Of a stretch of 42,984 nt of DNA, positions 22,676-35,300 are shown piece after piece. Each line of letters starts with the position of its first letter. Position 1 is the first letter of the stretch. The stretch spans positions 38,184-81,167 of the forward strand of contig DF237378.1 in assembly GCA_000708835.1 (NCBI GenBank), written 5' to 3'. Origin of the DNA: Klebsormidium nitens. Lineage: Eukaryota > Plantae > Klebsormidiophyceae. The notes beneath the pieces are model-generated. The model had not been told where the DNA came from and made no database searches. It was given only the letters and a program-made list of their open reading frames with translations. The position numbers and the translations under genes were made by a program.

Positions 22676-25600
22676 ATGGCGCTTCCTACTGTGGAGAAGG
22701 TGAAGCTGGGATCCCAGGGGTTTGAGGTTTCTAAGCAGGGCCTGGGTTGCATGGGTGAGTCTCACTTTATCCAGTTCCGCTTTGGTGCAAGAAGTTCAAG
22801 AGTCTGCTTTTCACCAGTATACTCTTCACCAACCTACGTGATATTCATTCCATCGAACTGCAGAAGATTGGGTCTGGTAAGAAGTGGCCAACGTTCCATA
22901 TAGGAGCAGTCCTTTTGGTCATATGCTTCTTCGCAATTTCCAGCTTGATGTCAAACGGAAATGCTGGCAGGCTTTGATCATAGTGGTTAAGTTTGAGGAC
23001 CGCACTCCTTCCCAAAATGAATTGAGAGCTGAGAGGTCTCTCAACAGTCATGTTGTCAGAAACTTTCCAAGAAAAAGAGGTCACCAGCTCGAAAGAGCAC
23101 GAAAAGCCTTGGTTAACGCTTAGCTGAGGAACTTATAAAGCATTGTAGACTGTCTGTTTTCTTGAGGCCACCTGTGATCGGGACCAGTACTCTATGGATT
23201 GACGCTTTATCAACTAGGTTGCTTGTCAAGACTGCTTCTGTTGCCGGCAGGTCTTGCATCCTGATGCAAATCGAAGCTTCAAACTAGGTTGTTGACCATT
23301 GACAGCTTATGTTGATGAGAATTGCTCTATGGGGACGCCTCACCATACTTTGCATGGTGCATTCAACTGACCTTCGGTGTGAGTGCAGGTATGAGTGCCT
23401 TCTATGGTCCCCCTAAGGAGGAGAGTGAAGCGATCAAGGTCATCCACCGGGCAGTGGAGCTTGGTGCGACGTTCCTTGATACGTCGGATGTCTATGGACC
23501 ACACACAAACGAGATCCTGCTCGGCAAAGCGCTCAAAGGGATCAGAAACAAGGTCAATGTCTTTCTTCCGCTCACCGCTTACCTGCATATTTCTCTCGAG
23601 TTTTGTCTAACACGTCGGGTTCAACGTACCAGGACTTGTCAGGATTTGCAACGCAGTTCCTGCTAATGGTTTGCGGATGTCGGAATTTCGCAGCAGGGAC
23701 ACCCTTATGTAGCGGTTGCAATGACAGGGGTGAGTCAATCTCAAATAACGACAACAGTCCCCTTATCCTTTCTTTCTTCGGTGCTGCTTCCAACTAGCCA
23801 CCAAGTTCAACAACGTGCTTAAAGAGGGCGTCTACGTGACATCAGCACCGGTCACTTCAAGCAGAGCAATTTGCTCGGGGAAAACACCGCTGATACCAAT
23901 TTCTGGCGACGGAGTAGCAGAAGCTCATGCTTCCATGTCGCTTTGATGACGTCAGGGGGGACCGGTGCCTCGACGCCCTCTTTAAGAAGGAAAGCCTCCA
24001 AAATGACAGCCGACTGGCAAGTGAGGGAGCTTGGAGGAGTATATACAGCCCCTGCGCGAATCTGCTTGATTCGGTAACCACGTTGTTTCGCCTTTCATCA
24101 TCAATTGTCGACCAGATTTGGCGAACTGCTTGGGCCAAGTGAACGGCTTGGGTGGCGGCTTTGGTGGAATGGTGGCCGCCTCACGTGCGGAACGGCTGAA
24201 AATTTGTTTGAGAATTCTGCGTCTGTTTGTCGCAGAAGCGCTTGACTCGGTACTCTTCTTTGCGGTGGATCAGGTGCAACTGGCAACCAAGTTTGCCAAT
24301 TCCATCGAGAACGGGCAGTGGCGGATCAACGGCCGTCCGGAGTACGTCAAGGAGGCGTGCAAGGCCTCCCTCGAGCGACTGGACGTGGATTGCATCGACC
24401 TGTACTACCAGCACAGAGTGGATCCCAACGTTCCGATTGAGGACACGGTGAGATTGCCGTAGCTTACTCTCGAATCGCTTGCCTGCAGTGGTGAAATATC
24501 ATGTAGGTTCAGTATTGGATTGTAGTACAGATTAAAAGATCGAAGCAAGATGAGAGAAGATTGAAAGCAAGATTGAACAAGATTGAAAGCAAGGATTGTC
24601 GACAGTCCTTCTGTCGACAAGAGGTGCCGCTGTGTCATCTCCGGGTCTCGCAAGTTACGTCAGCATGCTCCAAGTCCGGATCCTAACATGGGGTACAGTC
24701 AGTACGCCAGATAAGGACTCGGTCAAATGTTCGTAGATGTTATTCACGGCCTTCTCTTTCCTCTGGTCGCTTAGCTGAACTTCATCCGGTGGCGTGTGCC
24801 GAATTAGTAAGTATACGCTGTTGTGCCGTCGGTCTGCTGCCTCATGCAGAGGGGGGCCTAACCTTGGAACTTGAACCCAGCGTGCTTGGTTCTTTCGATT
24901 CCAAGAAATTGGCCCGGTGTGACTTGTTAAAGGACAGAATCTGGCAGTCTCTGAAGGACATAGATTGCAGGTTTTAGGTCGGTCCATGCTCACGTTGTCG
25001 CAATCCTAACTCCTACAGGTTCCTAAACTAGAGTTCAGGCGGGCAATCGACATTCGTCTCGAAAACAAAAGAAAGTATTCCTTTCCACTTTGGTTTGAGT
25101 TTAGGTCCCAGCTTTGAGATTCCGGAGAGCCAGACCTGTTTTCTTAGCTTCAAAAGAGAATGGGAAGTTGCTGGGATTCGATGCATCGCACATACTGAAA
25201 TAGTCTGCGCCTAGATTCTGTTTCAATCCAACCCCTCAAAACTGGTTTTGTTACCATACCAAACAGGTCCGGGCGATGGCCGAGCTGGTGAAGGAGGGAA
25301 AGGTCAAGTATTTGGGACTGTCCGAAGCGACAGCGGACGAGATTCGGCGCGCGCATGGCGTGCACCCAATCACCGCCGTCCAGTTGGAGTGGAGCCTCTG
25401 GTCCAGGGACGCCGAGGAGGAGCTTATACCCACCTGCAGGTCAGCCTTGTTTCGTGTGGCGCGTGTGAACTCCCACTCACTCAGATTGTTAATTAGGACA
25501 CAATCAGGGCGTCAGGTGCAAGAAGACCCGATGAAAGATTCAGGAAGCTCGAAGAGAAAGCTTCAACCGGCTTTGGGTGAGTGTCTATCTGGTTGTGCAA

Positions 25601-27855
25601 CGACTCAGGTCCACGATTCTAGATTGAGTCGAAGTTTCTCCTGCAGGAAAGATCAAGCGGCTTGTTATGGTCGGGCAGGCTAAGACCCTTTGACTGGTGT
25701 ATACGTAAAAAGGTGTCAATCCGCAGCTTTTCTCGAGACACGTCCTGGAATACGCTTTCTTCTAGAAGCTTGGAAGAAGCTCTGCGTTTGTCAATCAACT
25801 GGAAGCCGGCTTTCTGCCATCAGATGCAAAAATGTGTCGTTTGTATGCAGAGAGCTATTTTTCGGCATCGTTCCCTACTTCCTCCTCGGCCGTGGGTTCT
25901 TTGGTCGACATCCGTTATTTCCCTGTCCAGAATTTTGTCTCTACATTATCAGCACCTCAGAAGCTGTAAGGTGTCGTTCGTTTGTAAGAAGCCGACGACA
26001 TGTTTCCTTGCCGTACAGAGAGCTGGGGATCGGCATCGTTCCGTACTCCCCCCTCGGCCGCGGCTTCTTCACCGGTAGGACCGACTTCGAAGCCCCCGGG
26101 GACTTTCGGTCGGCGCACCCCCGCTTCCAGGGGGAAAACAAGGAGGCGAACATGAAGCTGTACCGGACGCTTAAGGAGATTGCGGACAGGAAGGGCGTTT
26201 CTCCCGGACAGCTGGCGCTGGCGTGGGTGCAGAACCAGGGGGACGACGTGGCACCCATTCCGGGCACTACGGTAAGCCATTTTCTCGTTTTCTTTTCAGT
26301 TTCCTCCGGAATCTTTGTCGATGGTGTCGATGGTGATTTCACTTAGCGGAAAGGGACAGGTTCCGGCCAGTCCACTCGCTTGCTTGGATGCAGAATCAGG
26401 GGGGTGACGTGGCACCCAATCCGGGGACCACGGCCAGTCATTTTCTCGTTTTCTTCTTATCCGTTTACGGCCGGCTGTGTGACTGTATAGTTTGTTCTGC
26501 GGAAAGAGACAGGTTTTCCGCGTGGCCCACTCGCTCGCATGTATTTAGAATGATCAGGCGGATGACGTGCCACTCAATACGGTTATTACGGTCAGTTGGT
26601 TTCCTATCTCCCCGGTCCTTGTCTCAGCACAAGCTTCATGAACGGTTCAGAGGGTGGGTCGCAGTGACAGATTTCTCTCGCGGCCCGCTCGCTCGTGATG
26701 ATGCAGAAACAGCAGTTTGACGTGGCTTCCAGTCCGCAGACTTCGATCAGTATTCCTCTTTTGTTTCTCCTCGGAAGACATTTCGTGCGTTCAAGCACTA
26801 TGAAAAGGGGGGGCTGCTTTCCTGTGCATCCTGGTGCCTTAGCCGAGGCGCAGGACCAGGGCGATGACGTGGCACCCGGTACTATGGGCTGTGCTTCATC
26901 TTTACTTGTTCTCGTCTCTTTTCAATAACTTTGGACTTTGATTGGACTTTGAGACTTGGAGCTCGCAGCAGAAGATAATGCCAGATTGTTCGAGACAATA
27001 AAGGAGCCTTGCTTGGGTCAGGGGTCAGTGCTAAATCAGGGGCGGCCTTTGAGCCCCGACCGGAAAACCATGCTCAGTTTGCTGCTGTCGGATTTGAGAT
27101 GCGATTCTGGTAAGAGGAAAGGCCACTCAACAGGTATGTCGTTGCACAGCCGACGTTGCTTCTATTAGAAGAAGATGACGTGGCACTGACACCAGGCGCA
27201 ACTGTCAACCTTTACAACTTCTGTTGCCCCTTCTTACGCGAGTCCGTAGTGATCCAAGCGGGGGGCCTGCCAATTCGCAAGCCAGCCTGGCTGCTCCAGT
27301 GATGAGGCTTTGTTGCCCCTAGAATGGCTCCGAAGGGGAACCGGCCTGGCAATCGTATCCCAGAATTTGGTCGAAGTAGTGCGATCCATCAAATAAAATT
27401 TGGTTAAGCGCATCGAGGAATAAAAGCCTGGGTGACAAGCGGTCTGTTCACGATGCGCTTGGCACTGCTCTACATCTCTTTGAATGTCTAACTTCTCGGA
27501 GACGTGACGCTTTCGTTAAGGTCTCGAACATTATAGGAGCGGACTTCGGCATTTTTGATCAGTCTGCATTCGTGCAAGGTTCTCGCCAGAGAGTCTGATG
27601 CTGGCTAGTTTCTCCTTTGACTCGTTCCGTTTTGGCAATGATGTCCCCACGTCTTTTTCAAATCCGGCCCACTTCGCCTTGCAGAGTATCCATCATCTGG
27701 AGGAGAACATCAAGGCCCTCTCCATCAAATTGTCCGAGGAGGAGTTGAAGGATCTCTCGGACGCTATCCCGGCGTCAGAGGTCAAGGGCGGGCGGTACCC
27801 GGAAGCGCACATGGCAAACACATATCAAGGGAGGCTGAAGACACGACATGCTTAA
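22676..27855 (+). CDS. Aldo-keto reductase, plant AKR13 / IN2-2 / auxin-induced PCNT115-like, 6 coding exons, 337 aa
   Basis: Exons 22676-22754, 23389-23552, 24274-24447, 25267-25439, 26019-26271, 27685-27855. All introns are GT-AG with matching phases, and the sum of 1014 nt is an open frame. Hallmark motifs: [17 protein letters not shown] (catalytic D and Y), LATKF (K), [10 protein letters not shown] (H), [38 protein letters not shown] likely 5'UTR intron acceptor lies at 22653. Confidence 0.96.
24548..24598 (+). repeat. Low-complexity AAGATTGAA(AGC) repeat in AKR intron 3
   Basis: AAGATTGAAAGCAAGATTGAACAAGATTGAAAGCAAGGATTG. Confidence 0.7.
25835..25915 (+). repeat. Degenerate duplicate of the AKR exon-5 acceptor and first about 18 codons, in intron 4
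   Basis: TGCAG|AGAGCTATTTTTCGGCATCGTTCCCTACTTCCTCCTCGGCCGTGGGTTCTT ([17 protein letters not shown]) versus the real exon TACAG|AGAGCTGGGGATCGGCATCGTTCCGTACTCCCCCCTCGGCCGCGGCTTCTT ([17 protein letters not shown]), 168 bp downstream. Confidence 0.85.
26200..27230 (+). repeat. Tandem array, about 155-bp period, of the AKR exon-5 3' end plus donor region, in intron 5
   Basis: The GACGTG(G/C)C core occurs at 26245 (real exon), 26406, 26564, 26719, 26866 and 27177, with a very degenerate copy near 27030. Copy 2 still reads [15 protein letters not shown] followed by the same CATTTTCTCGTTTTC intron start. Confidence 0.8.
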
Positions 27856-28149
27856 GTGCTCAAGTCTCGAGAATTACCCACCAAGTCTGATCGGTGGACT
27901 CAGCTATATCTGGTTCAGACAGATGAGCTGTAAGTTGGCGGCTTAATTTGCGAGTTGCGAAGCTGTAGACTAGGAGCGATAAAAACTTTCGCATACAATC
28001 AGGTACTTCTAATATTTATGGTTTTGATCCCTTCAGTGTATTGTTGACAAACATAGCGAAATCGTGAACGCTATGACACTTGGCAAATCGTAGTAGATGG
28101 ACGGTGCACTCATGGATACGTTCTGGACCGTTCAAGTTCCTTACAAAAA

Positions 28150-28425
28150 TTGGTGCCGGCGCCCATCCCGCAATCGGAGGCCGGCCGCCGGCCGCCCCCG
28201 GCGACCGGGCGCCCGGCCCGTCACGGTACGATCATGCCAGTGACGCGGCCCCCGGTGAGTCCGAGTCACGGTGACACATAGCGCCCGGTGCCGCGCTAGC
28301 GGGCCGGGGCCGCCGGGCCCTTAGGCTTCAAATGCGAGTCGCGGTCGCCCGGCCGCCCGGCCGCGCCTTAGGCGGAGCCGGCCGCGGTCTAGCAAGAAGT
28401 GCGATCGTTTCGGCGCCGCATTTAT
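28150..28425. promoter_or_regulatory. Very GC/CpG-rich island between AKR and SLT; possible promoter region or small non-autonomous element
   Basis: About 270 bp of GGCC/CCGG/GCGC-dense sequence followed by TTTATAGA and AT-rich DNA, about 0.9 kb upstream of the SLT start codon. Function is inferred only. Confidence 0.3.
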
Positions 28426-28724
28426 AGAAGGGTTTCGGAGGCCCTCGATCGGTTATTGAAGTTTAGCGGTTCACATATGCTTGAATTTTGAGGCCAATTT
28501 TGTTCATATAAAACGTGTCGACACCCCTGAAACGGGCGAAATGCATGAACAATGTGAACATAAAACCCGATGCATTGAACCTCGAAGTATGTCGTAACGA
28601 AAAGATACGTGCTCTCAATTTCCAGCCGTAAATTTTCAAATTCCCGTCTCTAAAAATGGTTGCTAAAAAGTGCTGTCTTTAATGTTGATTTTCTTTAGCT
28701 GCGAGCACTTGATGGAAGTTTGAT

Positions 28725-28747
28725 CATGATGCATGATGCATGATGCA
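28725..28747 (+). repeat. (CATGATG)3 microsatellite
   Basis: CATGATG CATGATG CATGATG CA. Confidence 0.7.
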
Positions 28748-29346
28748 GATTGCATCCGCGCGCAAAAAGCGGGATCCACGACGTAAATTCGGACGCACTA
28801 AAATACGCCGTCACGTTTCAGCAAGACAAGAGAATGCGGAGAGGATGCGGAAAGGGGCCAATGAACCAATGGCGACATGAAAGCAAGGACGATGCTTTGT
28901 TGTTTTACTGCCCTAGTCTGTCGGGTTTTCTGGCGTCTACCTGAGAGAAGCGAATGAACATGGAGAAAAGCACTTGGCTCATACAGGACGTTGGCTGGGC
29001 ACAGTGTCTGCTTACAATGCTTTTTGATTCTGGTTGGCAAGCTCAAATCCGAATCCCACCTCAATCTAGGATTCAAGCTCTCGGCAGGTTCCTGATCTGT
29101 CAAGCTCACAGCAGATTCTTGATCTTTCCTAATCTTTTAAGCTTTCAGCAGGTTCCTCCAGATACCACTAGCTGGCCTCACTTCCAATATCTGATACAGC
29201 AGACGTCTCTGCCTGGCGTCTTTCAGAATTATCGCTGATGTGACAAGTGGGATGCTCAACGCCGCACGACATCTCTAGCAAATCTTTCAGTCAAGGTCTC
29301 CAATCAAGGTCCTCCACTTAAGGTCTCAAGTTGACGGGCAGGCGCC

Positions 29347-32300
29347 ATGGCGGAGATTGGGTGGGAAGGGGGTCTTACAATCGCCACGCTGGTGATCGGA
29401 CTCATTGTCATGGCCGGCGACTGGGTTGGGTAAGGCGCACGTATCATCTTGTGAAAACTTTCTGTGAGGTCTTCCTTTGAGTACATGCATTCTGACCTTT
29501 GGATTACAGCGCAGACTCTCTTGCTGCGTTGGTGTGCGCCCCTGATACATATTCTGGCTCCAGACCAGCGACACAAGAAGTTTGTTTGAATGGTGATACA
29601 GTCAAGCTTGATCCGGATGAATGTGGAGGAATCACCTTCTTGATACCCAGTGGCAACTCAAAGCGGAGTTGTGATCCTCAAGAAGACCAAATCTGTGATC
29701 GCTTATGGGATGCCCCCCCCATTTGATTGCGCTTCAGCTTAATTCTTGAAATGCATCTTCATGTACCAACTTAGTATCTCAGTTGCAAAGCTTTTCCTGC
29801 TGCCCTGCTTTTCGTAAAGATCTCACTTTGCTCATCAAGCCATGCGAATGAAGGGAGCAAACTTACATGTGGCTATACTGCTCAACAACTGCCCAGCTCA
29901 GCTGTAGCATTTAGATGCCTGGCTGCGCTGCGCACCAGCTTGTCAGCTCAACATGCTGCCTATCAGGCCTATCGCAGGCTTACGAAACATCTTATCTCCC
30001 TCCGTAAGCAGTTGTTCACCACTTCGGAACTACTCCTTAATACTTTTTGGTGATGGCCAACCCATACCCGTCAATATAGCAACACCACAAGAGTGACTTG
30101 TCAAACTCTGCTCACTCATCTGCGCTCCTCTTGCAGGCCTGACTTTGTCTTTGCAGGCATGGTCGCATTTCTGACTGCGGCACGAGTCATCACTGTCAAC
30201 CAGTCAACCGCCGGCTTTTCCAGCAGCGGGCTCCTGACGGTGGTGGTTCTCTACGTTGTTGCGGAGGGGATTGGTCAGACTGGAGGTAAAGCAGTGCATG
30301 CCCGCTCATGTTGACTGAGTTTTGCTGGACGCTTTCTAAAAGCTCTTTTAGGCAGGTTGAACAGATGTCAGCAGCTAAAGATCAGCTTGGTGTCATCGAT
30401 TGTCAGAACCCCTTCAAATGAACAAAAGCCTTTTTTCAAAGGTTTGAGAAGAGGTACCTGAAGGTTCAAGGTCTGAGGTGTGCTGCTCCGAGGAAACGAA
30501 CCGTCTGTGCGGCTCTGTAGGCGCCTGCTGTTACCTAAGCTCAACTCCTAGTCACCTCGGTCGACAAGCTGGTCCACCACTCTGTCAAATGGCAGTTCAG
30601 AATCGCAGCATATCTGTCAAGACCTTTTGCCGGCTTCAAGTTTTCAAGCAAGAATTGTCAGGTAGTTCTTGATAACCTCTGTAGGGGCGTAAGAGTCGCT
30701 TGAGTTTGTTCTTTATTGGCCATTCCCTTAGTTTGCTGAAGAATGAAGCTTTCCCGGGTACAAGGCTAGCCACCGTCGTGTATCGCTCCTCAACACTGTC
30801 TCTGTAATCCACCATAAACCCCGGTTAGGGTAATTACTGAAACGTACTCAACGTGGATGATCGAGCTGCCAAACTTCACCCCTGCTATCTCGTGAGGGCA
30901 ACAAAAAGCTCCACCTTAAAAGAGGACCAAAACATCTCCACACCTTGCTTAGACTTTCCCTCTATTTCCCCCTGCAGGCATGGAGAAGGCGCTGAACATC
31001 GTGCTCGGCCGCAGCCCCTCCATCTTCTGGGCCCAGGTCCGGCTCTTCATCCCCGTCATGGTGGTGTCAGCGTTCCTTAACAACACCCCAATCGTTGCGC
31101 TGCTCATTCCGATCGTGATTGCCTGGTGCCGCCGCCAGGGGGTGTCTCCTAAGAAGCTGCTCATTCCGCTCAGCTATGCGGCTGTCTTTGGCGGAACGCT
31201 TACGCTCATCGGAACGTCGACGAACCTTGTCATTGCCGGTGAGACTCTGACTTCAACATGGACTGATATTACTCTCTCTCTCGTGATGCCACTAGCTCAA
31301 ATGCTTCAGGTTGGAGGCATTTGGTTTGGAGCGAAGTTTGTTGGCATGCTCAACAAACGTTGTCATTGCGGATGAGACTGTGGCCGTCTTCTTGGACTCA
31401 AAATTGAGAAGTTGCTCTTGATGCCACTCAAGCTTTCCCGGTTGGATGCAGTTTGGTTTGAGTTGATGCGATTTCATGCTCATTAGAACTTCGACGAACC
31501 TTCTCGTAGCTCTGGCCTTCTCCTTGGACGGATATCTGCGGCCGGTCCTCTTGATGCCCCTCAAGCTTTTCACGTCTGCAGCTACTTGGGTTTGATACGG
31601 CTGAAACGCACTTGCCTGCTTGAGTCCGTCGTTTGTAGTCCTTTGAGTGGGACTGCAAAATGATGCTGAGGCTATCGCGAGGCATCTCAACCGGGGACTC
31701 AATATTATCTCCTCACTTGAAGTCGAGCGCAGCACCGGGACACATTCTGTCGCTTCCGCTCGTGGTGGCAAAGCTTCTTCGATGTTTGGCTGTGAGCTCC
31801 AGGAAGCGGTACAAACAAGCGCCTTTTCTACCTTCTGGCATCATTCGTAAATTTCTTTGCAATGCAGCGCTCCAGGAAAGACGCTACGCCAAGACCCGGC
31901 CCAATGACGCGAACTTCAACTTCTTCGAGATTACCCCGTGAGTTCTTAGTCCCTTTCTTCCTCTTTCCACTCGATCAACGGCTGATTCTGAACGTTGCCA
32001 CTTGCCCTGCCTCCACTGGGATCTACTACGTTGCGCCCTTGAGGCGTCCCAAACATCAACAGACTCCCGGGGATGGCAGTGTCAGAACTCAAGAGTGGCT
32101 TGTCAATCAAACATTGCAATCTGGTGTAATGTATGGTTGCTCTCAAGCCTGTCCCGAATAGGGTTTCTCGACTGCCAGGCTTGACGCGAGGTTAGGACAG
32201 CTATATGAAGTTGGGAACTGCTTTTCGGGTCGTCTTAGCTTCCCAGTGAACCGGGACCTCTCGATCTGGTCTCCGACTAGACAAATTTTACGGAGAGACG

Positions 32301-35300
32301 TTTCGGTCGCTGACATAACTAACTGTCCTGCTCTGTCCGGCCTTTTCTTGCCTCAATTCTTGCGCCTCGAGCCGCCTTCTGTGCATCTTATCCAATACCC
32401 TGCCCGTGCGGATCAGGTTCATGGCATAGTACGTCATCCTCATTAGGTCCAGTTGGATCTGGTTCTTGGAGTCATACTGTGTTTGGAAAACTTTCGAGCA
32501 GAAATGTACCGGCCACTTTTCCCCACAGGTTCGGCGTAGCGTACGCAATCTTCGGCATGTGCTACACTCTGATGGCGTCGCCCTTTCTTCTCCCGGGGGA
32601 AGATACCAAGCGCCACTCTGACCTGCTATTCGTGGCCAAAATCCGCCTCGACTCCCCGGTTGCGAACAAGACCGTCCTCGAGGCGGGGCTTCGAAGCTTG
32701 GAGCGCCTCTTCCTAGTTGCTGTCGAGCGTCAGGTAGGTTTGTATCCTCCGTACCCTCTGGGCACCACGATTAGTCTGTGTTTCGAGCAAGGTAGTGCGT
32801 ACAGTTGGTTGCGGCGAGCTTGGAGCGGCTCTTTTGAGTTGCGGCTCACCCGGCAGGCGAGATAGCATACGGAGACAAGCTTTGGGAATTATGCCCAGGG
32901 TTCTGGGTTTTGCTTCTGAGTTTTTGGATTGTACGCGCCTGAGGGAAGCGTTGGGCGTCCGGAGTGTCTCGTCGTAATTGTATTCGAGCGTCTGACATAT
33001 GTATTTTGAAAGAGTATGGAGAGGCGTTCCAAATTTGGGTTTTTTAAGTCGTGAACCGACTCAGTAGAAAGTTTGCTTTCCAGTTTTTCTTACCACTTCA
33101 ATGTCTTCTTTTGAGTTGAAGTTGCTGAAAGTCGCACTTATGGGAGGTTCATTTGAAGACGTAGACGCTACTTGATGGCCACAACCGTCATTCAGCTTTC
33201 GGATGCTCTTGCTGGTTTAAGTATGGCGCAGTGTTCTTCAACCGTGTCCCGTGTTTCCGAGGTCCCTGCAAAGAGAAGTTCCTTTTAGGAAGGAGACTAA
33301 GCGAACTCTTCCATCTGGATTTTATTACCCTCAGTGTCTTCGGTAGCCAAATCACCTTCTCGTGTCCTCCTTTGCAGCCTCATTTCTTGAGTTGTTTCAA
33401 GGAAAGGTTCTGAAATTGCAGGGCCACGTCACCCACGCCGTGGGTCCAAATATCGGCCTTGAGTCCGGTGAATTTTTGTACCTCAGCGAGCAGATCAAAC
33501 AAGCACGCTCTCATAAGCTCATTTTTCTTGTGGGTGCGTTCAAAACCAGGCATTAACCGAATCCTGACCCACCGGTTGCGGGGACACGTAAGCCACGCCG
33601 TAGGTCCAGATTTCTACCTTGAGTCGGGCGACCTTTTGTTACTTCAGCGGTCAGATCAAACAACCACGCCCTCGGAAACCCACTTTATCCTTTTTGAGGC
33701 TGGTCAAGCCCGGTCAGACATTAACCCAAGCCTTACCCCCCGGTTACAGGGCCACGTCAGCCACGCTGTGGGTCCAGACTTCTACCTCGACTCTGGCGAA
33801 TTTTTGTACTTCAGCGGTCAGATCAATCAGACACACTCTTGTCAATACATGGTTATTAATTTGGAAGGCATATAAATTTCGATCTTAACCGGATCTAAAC
33901 CACTCTCTGCAGGGACACGTAAGCCACGCCGTGGGTCCAGATTTCTTCCTTGAGTCCGGCGACCTTTTGTACTTTAGCGGCCAGATCAAACAAGCGAAGC
34001 ACTACTCGGAGGAGTTCAGTCTGGAGTTGTTGACTAACGAGACCGAAGCGGGTTCCGGTGAGAAAGGTTTTGCTATGGCGACCGATCTGAAGTCAGCGGA
34101 AGAGGGGGCGGAGCAGCCGAGCCACGCGGCACAGCTTCTGCAGGTAAGTGAGGACTGCGTTTCATCAAATACATGTTCAGTGGCGGCAACAGTATGCGGA
34201 TCATACAGTTACGAACCGCCCGCTTTATACCGTGTACTAAGATACATCATTTGCTTCTTGAAATTTCGAAATCCATTCCGCATTGCTCCGAACCCCGGAT
34301 CTGAGGACGATTATCAACAGTAGCCCCCGAGCCTTCTTGCTTCAAACCTTTCTAGGGAGGCTTGCTGGGAAACAGAGTACCTTGAGGATGAGCATTGGTT
34401 ACTTGCTTGTAAACGGCGTTCCGAAGATTTGCACAGCACTGTCAATCAAGCAACCGAGCGAAGCGGCACGTTTCGCAGAGATTCCATGTCCTGAAGCAGA
34501 CCTTCCCTACCTTCTGCAGGCCACCGTGAAAGCAGGGTCCGACATCGTCGGCAAGAGCATCCGCGAGATTGGGTTCCGCGGCCGCTTCCACGCGGCGGTG
34601 CTCTCCGTGAAACGCGGCCACGTGAAACAGCCGGGGAAGCTGGGTGACGTCATCGTCCAAGGGGGCGACGTCTTGGTTCTGCTCACTGGTGAGCGCCAAC
34701 CGCAAACACAGCCGTTGGTTTCGATGTTGCACTCTCGGAAGAGAGTCTTTGAGCATGCTGGAATGTCTAGCTGTTTGTACTCAAGTCCGATCGGCGAAAA
34801 CCGCTTTCGTCCCGCTAGAGACACCACTCGCAGGATGACCGAAGTCGGGTTCCCTTGTCTATTGCTGTTTTGGATCTGCCGAAGGATTCTTTTTTCTGCA
34901 CGCTGGCAGTCAATCTGTAAAACTGATGAGTATCGGACAGTCATTTAATTATTTCGACTAAGTAGTGTTCTCCGTCATCTGATTGCAGAGAATAAGACGG
35001 TGGCAGACGACAAGGAGTTCAAGCGCATATTCAAGGAGGTCGAGCCACTGGACCTGACCCTCGAAAAGGAGTTCCTCTCTGGTAAGTGATGAGATAATTT
35101 TGTGGAGAAGTATCCAGAGACTTCCGTTGGGTCCACGTGAGGGCGTGCTTGCTCTAGGAGTGGTAGTAACGTAGCCTTGGTCCACTATTGGTGATGTCCA
35201 GATTCTCTACACAACCAGGTCGAGTCTCAAAACGTTCCCTGCAGACCGGTCGGGTCGATGGGTTGCCGGCAGAAGAGCTTGAATCTGGCCTAGCCTAGAA

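Noticed and set aside
25941-26342. Antisense ORFs over AKR and SLT exons (also 34442-34944, 37154-37411, 39803-40009)
   Set aside because: They are shadows of GC3-rich coding exons on the opposite strand.
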